A stretch of DNA of 64,000 nucleotides. It comes from Clostridia bacterium (GTDB lineage Bacteria > Bacillota > Clostridia > Christensenellales > UBA1242). Shown one piece after another: positions 30,495 through 36,655 of the stretch. Where the stretch lies: contig JAFUSN010000003.1 of NCBI GenBank assembly GCA_017467625.1, positions 257,378 to 321,377 on the forward strand. The letters are read 5' to 3'. Position numbers and translations under genes: made by a program. Under the pieces are notes generated by a model. That model did not search any database, was not told where the DNA came from, and saw nothing but the letters and a program-made list of their open reading frames with translations. Positions within the stretch are counted from its first letter, which is position 1; every line of letters begins with the position of its first letter.

Positions 30495-32489
30495 ATGAGA
30501 AAATCTATTAATAGCATAATTTTAAAATATCTTTGTTTTGTGGCAATATTTATGTTTTCTGTGGCGTGGAGCTTTTCTAGTATTTTTTTTAAGAGAGAAG
30601 CCTACGCTGAAGAAATAGCTGGTCACAGCATTTTTATTGCGTCACCAACCTACTCTGTTTTTTGTAATTCAAAAGTTTTTTTTATTGATGATTATGATTC
30701 ATTACTAAAAATTTATGACACAGTTGAAAATAAATTTTTAACTGACATAAACTCTTCTGTTGATTTGTCAGAATATGGTGAATTTTTAGATGGATATTAC
30801 CAAAATGAAAACTTATTCCTTCTTTCTGAAATGCATAAAATAGTTATCATAAATTTAAATTCTCTTGAGGTAATTAATATTGATCTTGATGAAACCGAAT
30901 TATATACTAATTTTTCAGTTTCAATGATAACAGATTCCTCCTCAAATTTATATTATGTTATATCGCTTGTCACTCAAAATCTTGAACAAACAAGCACACT
31001 CAAAATAGTTGTTTTAAATAATAACTTTTCAGTTGAAAATACATCTTCTCTTCTTTTGAATTCAACAACTGATCAAATGAATGAGTTAAAGTCATCACTA
31101 ATTAAATTTTTTGTGAAAAATTCAATTAATGCCAATGAATTAGATTTTGTATTTATTTATGGTACAACTTATACAAAGAATTTAAATACAATAACTATTT
31201 CCTCATTACTTTCAGGTGATATCACAATTAGTGACATTGGAAATTATGCATTTAATGGGTTTTTGAGTGATTTTGAAAGTGATCAGATATCTATTTCGAA
31301 TGTTCAATTTATAAATATTTCAAACACTGATTATTTACTTGTAACCTACCTTAATTCAGATTCACAGCGCCTATATAAGTATAATGATAGTCCTGCATTT
31401 GGCGATTATGAAAGTTTTGCTAAATATTTTGATAATGAAAAAGCTTTAGCATCTGAAAATTATGTAACATATGCAATTGGACAAGAAATAAATTATATTA
31501 CATTTACTTTTGATGGTGAAACAGTAATAGTTTTAGATGACGACAATAACAAAATTAAAAATCCTGATATAAAATTAACATATTATTCAACTGATAACTT
31601 TATTTATTTGCAAACAACTACTGAAACAACTATTCTATCATCTCCTTGGTCATTTGAACCAATTAAACTTATTCCAGAAAACAGTGATATAGTTTGTGTT
31701 GCATCAGCTAAAATTGACAATCAGGGCGAAAATATGCTAATAGAGGACTTTTATTATTGCTTATATACATTTGAAGGCCATAATTATTTAGGTTATGTTA
31801 AAGCGGCTAATGTTGCCGCAAAAACAATAATTCCACTATCATCTTATCGTTATTCAATATGCCGAGTTAACCCAAATTCAAATCTGTATTCCCTTCCAAC
31901 TAAATCAACAGGAAATTTGGGAGAACTTGATTCATATATCATACAAACAATAACAGATAATTCAAGAATAAAAATTCTTGATGTATTATGTGGTTATGAA
32001 TCAGATGGTGCTGTTATGTTAAAAGTCCAAGTAAACGAATCTGCAATTGGATATATTGAAAAAGTTGTTATAATTGATCCAAACGATAAGGTTAATTTCA
32101 TTATAACAAATGCATCAATCAAAGAGGATAACACAATTGTTTATTTTGAACCAAACAAAAATTCTGAAGTTTGGGGATCTCTTAAAAAAGATTATAGAAT
32201 CAGAATTAACGGCGCACGTGATACAAAGTCTGGATTCACATCAATAAGTTTTAATGATGAATACGGTAATAAATTTTCCGGTTACATCATAACAGATGCA
32301 ATTGGTGCGGATAGCTGGTCTGCCCTTCAAATTGTCGGATTAATTTTAATTGCAATTAATATTGGACTCCTAATTTTAATCTTAAGATTTAGAAAACAGT
32401 ACATTGGTAATGATGGTCAAATTTATGTAAAGCACAAAAAACCAAATTATGTTGAAAACTCTGATCTAGAAAACGATCAAAATAAATAA
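30495..32489 (+). CDS. Type-I membrane protein: N-terminal signal/anchor, large ectodomain with about 3 C-terminal SH3b-like repeats (tentative), C-terminal TM helix and short basic tail
   Basis: N-terminus MRKSINSIILKYLCFVAIFMFSVAWSFSSIFF is hydrophobic after a basic start. The C-terminal helix ALQIVGLILIAINIGLLILIL is followed by RFRKQY (about 32320..32400). Three segments end in GYV/GYI motifs (NYLGYVKAANV, SAIGYIEKVVI, FSGYIITDAIG), resembling bacterial SH3 domains. That similarity is by eye only. Confidence 0.6.
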   Translation: MRKSINSIILKYLCFVAIFMFSVAWSFSSIFFKREAYAEEIAGHSIFIASPTYSVFCNSKVFFIDDYDSLLKIYDTVENKFLTDINSSVDLSEYGEFLDGYYQNENLFLLSEMHKIVIINLNSLEVINIDLDETELYTNFSVSMITDSSSNLYYVISLVTQNLEQTSTLKIVVLNNNFSVENTSSLLLNSTTDQMNELKSSLIKFFVKNSINANELDFVFIYGTTYTKNLNTITISSLLSGDITISDIGNYAFNGFLSDFESDQISISNVQFINISNTDYLLVTYLNSDSQRLYKYNDSPAFGDYESFAKYFDNEKALASENYVTYAIGQEINYITFTFDGETVIVLDDDNNKIKNPDIKLTYYSTDNFIYLQTTTETTILSSPWSFEPIKLIPENSDIVCVASAKIDNQGENMLIEDFYYCLYTFEGHNYLGYVKAANVAAKTIIPLSSYRYSICRVNPNSNLYSLPTKSTGNLGELDSYIIQTITDNSRIKILDVLCGYESDGAVMLKVQVNESAIGYIEKVVIIDPNDKVNFIITNASIKEDNTIVYFEPNKNSEVWGSLKKDYRIRINGARDTKSGFTSISFNDEYGNKFSGYIITDAIGADSWSALQIVGLILIAINIGLLILILRFRKQYIGNDGQIYVKHKKPNYVENSDLENDQNK

Positions 32490-32515
32490 AAAAATGAGGG
32501 CTAACCCTCATTTTT
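32490..32515. terminator. Bidirectional intrinsic terminator between convergent genes
   Basis: AAAAATGAGGG-ctaa-CCCTCATTTTT is flanked by A-runs and T-runs on both sides. The stop of the 30495 gene (32487..32489) abuts the hairpin. The NUDIX stop codon (32501..32503, minus) sits in the loop. Confidence 0.8.
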
Positions 32516-33064
32516 ATTTTTATAATTTTTCTTTTTAAAGTTATCAAAAACAAATTCATCAGCCTTAAATAATAAAAATTCATTCATGGCTCTTTCAATC
32601 ATTGATTTATCACGCTTAAGTAATCTTGCCTTCATAACATCTTCATAGTCCAAAAATTCCATTTCAATGTCACCATCATCAAATTCACCTGAAAGACCAT
32701 GATTATTATTTTTAAACTCTCTAAATCTACAAAAATAGAAATATTCAACTCTATTTGAATCAAATATAATTCCATTATAATTAAAATTTTTAGCTGTATG
32801 ATAATATTTTCCAACAATTTTAATTGGTAAAATATCAGCTCCAGTTTCCTCAAAAACCTCTCTTAAAACTGTTTCATGCACAGACTCATTGTCTTCAAGT
32901 GTTCCACCTGGAATTGAATAACCATTATGGCGTTTTGAATGCAACAACAAAATTTGCCCCATTTCGTTTATAATTATTCCACGAACCTTTTTGGTGCATT
33001 TTCCCTTTAAATAATTTTCATAATATAACTTTGATTTATCTTCAAAATATTCTTTAGACGACAT
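32501..33064 (-). CDS. NUDIX hydrolase
   Basis: Complete Nudix box GX5EX7REUXEEXGU in GGTLEDNESVHETVLREVFEETGAD. I prefer the ATG at 33064 (MSSKEYF...) over 33091 because AAGGA lies 7 nt upstream and a promoter lies just beyond it. Confidence 0.85.
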   Translation of the reverse strand: MSSKEYFEDKSKLYYENYLKGKCTKKVRGIIINEMGQILLLHSKRHNGYSIPGGTLEDNESVHETVLREVFEETGADILPIKIVGKYYHTAKNFNYNGIIFDSNRVEYFYFCRFREFKNNNHGLSGEFDDGDIEMEFLDYEDVMKARLLKRDKSMIERAMNEFLLFKADEFVFDNFKKKNYKNKNEG

Positions 33065-33081
33065 AAAACTATCCTTAGAAA

Positions 33082-33110
33082 ATAATAGCAATAATTATTC
33101 TTTTTGTCAA
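33082..33110 (-). promoter_or_regulatory. Sigma-70-type promoter for the NUDIX gene
   Basis: Minus strand: TTGACA (33110..33105), 17-nt spacer, TATTAT (33087..33082), then tttctAAGGAtagttttATG. Confidence 0.55.
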
Positions 33111-33114
33111 ATAA

Positions 33115-34077
33115 TCATCTTGGTTGTTTTTTTGAATAATGATTTACTGCATACTTAAATCCGTTTAATAAAAATTCTTTTGATTGCTTACCAACCCTAG
33201 TTTTTTTCCCAATAACATCAAAGACATGATAACACCCATTGAAAATTTTAAAATCAACTTTAATTTTATGTTTTTTTAATTGTTCAACATAGTTTTTAGT
33301 TTCGTCTAAAAACGGGTCCAAATCGCCAACATAAGATAATGCTGGAGGAAGATTAGAATAATCAGTTTCAAGAGCTGGAACAGCATATTTATCCGGTTTT
33401 AGTTGATTTTTTAAATATGTTTTCCATGCAACACGGTTTGATTTTGTGTTCCAAACTGGCATTGTATTATTTTTTGATGAATTTGTTTCTCTAGAATCCA
33501 GCATAGGATAAATTAGAATTTGAAAAGCAATCGCAAATTCTCCCCTGTCACGAGCAAGAAGTGTCAAAGCTGCCGTTAGTCCACCGCCTGCAGAATCTCC
33601 ACCAACAAAAATTTTTGATGAACTAATACCAATTGTTTTTGCATTTGTAACCATCCACTTAAGTGCCAAATAAACATCATTAAGCGCTGCAGGAAATGGT
33701 TTTTCAACAGACCTCGTATAGTCAGGTGCAACAACAATACAATTTTCTGCTTCAACAAATTGCTTAATGAAATAAATATCCTGTTCAGGAACACTCATTG
33801 CATACCCACCGCCATGAATCCACAAAAGTCCAACTGCATTTTTAACGGGTTCCTTTGGAGTGTAAACACATAAACGAAGCTCAGATTTATCTTCCCTTTT
33901 TATAAAAAATTGTGAATAACTTATTTTTTTTGTTAAAGCTCTACCTTTAAACATTAAATCCGTAACTTTATTTATGATCACAAATTTTTTCTTTGTGTAT
34001 TTTGGCAATAAAAAATTAATAATTGAAGCTGGTGTTCTAAGTTCTTTATCTATTTTATTTTTATCTAAACCATTCAT
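33115..34077 (-). CDS. Alpha/beta hydrolase, family IV (hormone-sensitive-lipase-like) carboxylesterase/lipase
   Basis: HGGG oxyanion motif (WIHGGGYA), GDSAGG nucleophile elbow, downstream DLDPFLDE and CYHVFD consistent with the Asp/His of the triad. The track start at 34095 is a TTG. The first ATG (34077, MNGLDKN...) sits 6 nt after an extended -10. The stop is TGA (33115..33117). Confidence 0.85.
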   Translation of the reverse strand: MNGLDKNKIDKELRTPASIINFLLPKYTKKKFVIINKVTDLMFKGRALTKKISYSQFFIKREDKSELRLCVYTPKEPVKNAVGLLWIHGGGYAMSVPEQDIYFIKQFVEAENCIVVAPDYTRSVEKPFPAALNDVYLALKWMVTNAKTIGISSSKIFVGGDSAGGGLTAALTLLARDRGEFAIAFQILIYPMLDSRETNSSKNNTMPVWNTKSNRVAWKTYLKNQLKPDKYAVPALETDYSNLPPALSYVGDLDPFLDETKNYVEQLKKHKIKVDFKIFNGCYHVFDVIGKKTRVGKQSKEFLLNGFKYAVNHYSKKQPR

Positions 34078-34083
34078 AAAAAG

Positions 34084-34111
34084 ATTATAACACAAAGAAA
34101 ATAAAATTCAA
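34084..34111 (-). promoter_or_regulatory. Sigma-70-type promoter with extended -10, positioned for a leaderless esterase transcript
   Basis: Minus strand: TTGAAT (34111..34106), 16-nt spacer, TGtTATAAT (34092..34084), then ctttttATG. The ATG at 34077 is the 7th nt after the -10. No SD. Confidence 0.55.
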
Positions 34112-34120
34112 TAAAAATTC

Positions 34121-34149
34121 TTGCAAAAAATAATAAAGTATGTTATTAT
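34121..34149 (+). promoter_or_regulatory. Sigma-70-type promoter for tRNA-Leu
   Basis: TTGCAA (34121..34126), 17-nt spacer, TGtTATTAT (34141..34149), 16 nt upstream of the tRNA 5' end. Back-to-back with the esterase promoter. Confidence 0.55.
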
Positions 34150-34165
34150 ATCCTCGTTTAAAGAA

Positions 34166-34251
34166 GCCGGAATGGCGAAATGGTAGACGCACAAGACTCA
34201 AAATCTTGCGAGGGAAACTTCATGTGGGTTCAAGTCCCACTTCCGGCACCA
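34166..34251 (+). tRNA. tRNA-Leu (anticodon CAA), class II with long variable arm, CCA encoded
   Basis: Cloverleaf read directly: acceptor GCCGGAA/TTCCGGC; D-arm GCG-aaatggtaga-CGC; anticodon stem CAAGA/TCTTG with loop CT-CAA-AA; variable arm GAGG-gaaa-CTTC; T-arm GTGGG-TTCAAGT-CCCAC; discriminator A; CCA. Confidence 0.92.
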
Positions 34252-34253
34252 GT

Positions 34254-34288
34254 AAAAAAAGATTGGATAAATTTCCAATCTTTTTTTT
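34254..34288. terminator. Bidirectional intrinsic terminator (tRNA-Leu on +, cysS operon on -)
   Basis: A7-GATTGG-ataaattt-CCAATC-T8. Symmetric A and T tracts allow function in both directions. It lies between the tRNA 3' end and the stop of the 34344 gene. Confidence 0.7.
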
Positions 34289-34343
34289 ATAAAATTAATA
34301 AAATTAACGGCAATTACATAATTTTTAGAACAAATTTGCGTTT

Positions 34344-35072
34344 TTAATATAAAATTGATCCATCATTATCATCAGCATGTGAAACAAATTCCTCTTCACT
34401 TTCCTGATGTTTTTTTACAATTCTTTGCATTTTTTCTTCTTCAATTAACTCTTTCTTTCTAATATCTGCATATTTAATTATAGCATTTAAAATTGGATTA
34501 TATTTTTCATAAGTATCTTCATCGCTATTTTCATAAATATCGTCAATCGTAAGGAAAATTTTCTCCCCCTCTTCATTTGGTGATACTTTATAAGCAATTA
34601 TTTCACCAGTTCTAGTATTAAGCAAATTTAATATACCTTTGGCATTTGCTTTAATTAAACCTGTTGTATCTGGATTAAAAATAAAAAATGTCGCATCATT
34701 TTCAAATTCACCAATGTAATCACATAAAAAATAATTTTCGCGCAGTTCTGAATCATCTGTATAAACTTTATGAATCTTAACTTTTTTAAGAGAAACCTGT
34801 TCAACATTTGATGTGGCAGGAAAATGAATTCCAAGTTTTTCATACATTCCTCTATCAAAGCAATTTATAACACTTTCTTGTGAAAGTAAATGAACTTCAT
34901 TAAGACAATCAGCCTTATTCCCTTCAGCTCTAACTCTTAAATAAATATTTCCATTGTTATCATAAAGCCATGAACGAATAATTTTATGCCATAAACCCTT
35001 ATAATGAACATCGTGTTCATCTTCTGCAGATTGAAAAACACCATTTTGATCAAATGTATCATAAAATTCCAT
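34344..35072 (-). CDS. Nudix-fold-like protein with degenerate Nudix box and acidic C-terminal tail (function unknown)
   Basis: The N-terminus YDTFDQNGVF...HYKGLWHKIIRSWLY resembles the D..G...R...H..G.WH..v start of Nudix/IDI-like proteins. The box position reads QESVINCFDRGMYEKLGI, which lacks the REx2EE residues. SD AAGGAAG overlaps the cysS stop codon, 7 nt before the ATG at 35072. Confidence 0.5.
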   Translation of the reverse strand: MEFYDTFDQNGVFQSAEDEHDVHYKGLWHKIIRSWLYDNNGNIYLRVRAEGNKADCLNEVHLLSQESVINCFDRGMYEKLGIHFPATSNVEQVSLKKVKIHKVYTDDSELRENYFLCDYIGEFENDATFFIFNPDTTGLIKANAKGILNLLNTRTGEIIAYKVSPNEEGEKIFLTIDDIYENSDEDTYEKYNPILNAIIKYADIRKKELIEEEKMQRIVKKHQESEEEFVSHADDNDGSILY

Positions 35073-35084
35073 AACAAAACTTCC

Positions 35085-36491
35085 TTATATTTTTTTATCG
35101 GTGACATTAATGTTTAGTTCAACCAATTTATCACGTATAAAATCTGACAATTGGTAATTTTTTTCAGCTCTAAGTCTGTTTCTAATTTCTAAAACTAAAT
35201 TTAAAAGTTCATCGTTACCCTTATTCTCTTTAGTTTCAATATCAAATTTAAAATTTAAACCTAAAACACTTTCAAAAACATCCGCAATTGTAAGTGCTTG
35301 ATTTAACAACTTAGTATTTGAGTTTACAAATAATTGAGATAAAACTTTTGAAAATTTAATTAACTCAGCAATTGCAAGTGGTGTGTTAAAGTCATCATCC
35401 ATTCCAGCTTTAAAATTATTCAAGATTTCAATAAGTTCATCATCAACAACTTCTTCTTTTTGAGTCGCAACACTGCGTAACTTAGAAATATTTTCAGAAA
35501 TTTTTTCATATTGTGATTTAATTGCTGAAATTGCTTCAAAACTGAAATCAACAGGCTTTCTATAGTGGAATTGAAGAATAAAATATCTAACAAGCATAGG
35601 ATCAAAACTCTTAAATAAATCTTCAAGAGTTATAAAATTTCCAAGACTTTTTCCCATCTTTGTTCCATTAACAGTAACTAGATTATTGTGCATAAAATAA
35701 TTTACAAATGGTTTTCCATTAACAGTTTCACTTTGTGCAATTTCACTTTCATGATGAGGAAAAATATTATCAATTCCACCACCATGAATATCAAATGTTT
35801 GGCCTAAAAATTTACCACTTAACACAGAACACTCAATATGCCAACCTGGATATCCCCATCCCCATGGTGAATTCCATTTCATTATATGACCACCAACTGC
35901 AGTTTTCCATAGCGCAAAGTCTTCAGGATTTTCCTTATCGTCTGCAACTGTAATACGCTCACCTGATAAGTTATTTTCAAGTTTTCTTCCAGAAAGTTTT
36001 CCATAATCACTATCTTTATGAACTGAAAAATAAACATTACCTTCTTTTGTTACATATCCATATCCTGAATCAATAATTTTTTTGATAAATTCAATCATTT
36101 CAGGAATAAACCCAGTTGCTCTAGCACTAATAGATGGCCTTTTAACACCAAGTTTGTCCATTTTTTCAAAATAATCAACTTCGTAGCGATAAGCAAGTGC
36201 ATATGGATCAACATTCTCTTTTTTTGCCTGTTTTAAAATTTTATCTTCACCATCATCAGAATCGCCAACTAAATGACCAACATCAGTGATGTTTTGAACA
36301 TATTTAACTTTATAACCTAAAAATTCTAAATATCTCCTAACAACATCAAAGTTGACATAACTGCGTGCATGACCAACATGTGGTGGACCATAGACTGTTG
36401 GTCCGCAAACATACAAACCAACTTGACCTTCGTTAATCGGATGAAAAACATCTTTTTTTCGTGTAAATGAATTATAAATTGAAAGTGCCAC
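35085..36491 (-). CDS. cysS: Cysteine--tRNA ligase
   Basis: Class I motifs HIGH (PHVGHARS) and KMSKS (KMGKSLGN). Zn-ligand contexts VCGPTVY and WHIECS. The N-terminus MALSIYNSFTRKKDVF is typical of CysS. GTG start at 36491 is preceded by GGAGGA. Confidence 0.95.
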   Translation of the reverse strand: MALSIYNSFTRKKDVFHPINEGQVGLYVCGPTVYGPPHVGHARSYVNFDVVRRYLEFLGYKVKYVQNITDVGHLVGDSDDGEDKILKQAKKENVDPYALAYRYEVDYFEKMDKLGVKRPSISARATGFIPEMIEFIKKIIDSGYGYVTKEGNVYFSVHKDSDYGKLSGRKLENNLSGERITVADDKENPEDFALWKTAVGGHIMKWNSPWGWGYPGWHIECSVLSGKFLGQTFDIHGGGIDNIFPHHESEIAQSETVNGKPFVNYFMHNNLVTVNGTKMGKSLGNFITLEDLFKSFDPMLVRYFILQFHYRKPVDFSFEAISAIKSQYEKISENISKLRSVATQKEEVVDDELIEILNNFKAGMDDDFNTPLAIAELIKFSKVLSQLFVNSNTKLLNQALTIADVFESVLGLNFKFDIETKENKGNDELLNLVLEIRNRLRAEKNYQLSDFIRDKLVELNINVTDKKI

Positions 36492-36613
36492 ATTTCCTCC
36501 AAAAATAAAAGTGAGCAGTTATCTACCCACTTTAATTAGACAACTGAAAGAAACCTTATCTAAGGTTAAAATTCTACTAATACAAATAACAATGTCTAAT
36601 CATAATATTACCT
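36492..36613 (-). promoter_or_regulatory. Structured cysS 5' leader (candidate reduced T-box or other attenuator)
   Basis: About 120-nt leader from the predicted TSS. An 8-bp long-range helix ATTAGACA (36600..36593) / TGTCTAAT (36542..36535) encloses the hairpin AACCTT-agat-AAGGTT (36567..36552). It is followed by AATTAAAGTGGGTAG, loosely like the T-box consensus AA..AGGGTGGTAC, and then a terminator hairpin. A mini-ORF ATG ATT AGA CAT TGT TAT TTG TAT TAG (36603..36577) contains one Cys codon. Confidence 0.35.
36501..36533 (-). terminator. Leader (attenuator) terminator hairpin immediately upstream of the cysS SD
   Basis: Minus strand AAAGTGGGTAG-ataa-CTGCTCACTTT: 11 bp including 2 G-U pairs. 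It is followed by TATTTTT and then GGAGGAAAT-GTG. Confidence 0.5.
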
Positions 36614-36619
36614 AACTTG

Positions 36620-36649
36620 ATTATACACTAAAAAATAAAATAGTGTCAA
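36620..36649 (-). promoter_or_regulatory. Consensus sigma-70 promoter for cysS operon
   Basis: Minus strand: TTGACA (36649..36644), 18-nt spacer, TATAAT (36625..36620). Both hexamers match consensus perfectly. Confidence 0.65.
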
Positions 36650-36655
36650 GCATTG

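Noticed and set aside
32389-32583. 64-aa minus-strand ORF spanning the 3' end of the membrane-protein gene and the terminator.
   Set aside because: It runs through a bidirectional terminator hairpin and overlaps two supported genes. It has no motifs.
33115-33117. Possibility of the Mycoplasma/Spiroplasma code (TGA = Trp), given the AT-richness and lipoprotein biology.
   Set aside because: TGA closes the esterase ORF at a sensible C-terminus and Trp is encoded by TGG throughout. The giant ORFs are intact under the standard code, so no TGA needs reassignment.
34078-34095. Longer esterase start (track start at 34095) and likewise the longer oxidoreductase start (38764).
   Set aside because: Both track starts are TTG codons. 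The extension of the esterase would be translated through its own TGTTATAAT -10 box. The first ATGs (34077; 38737) fit the promoter geometry better.
30413-34288. Two terminators share the core GATTGG/CCAATC (30419..30434 and 34261..34280); could this be a repeated element?
   Set aside because: Only a 6-bp core embedded in A/T runs is shared, with opposite arm order and different loops. This is consistent with chance among GC-poor terminator stems.
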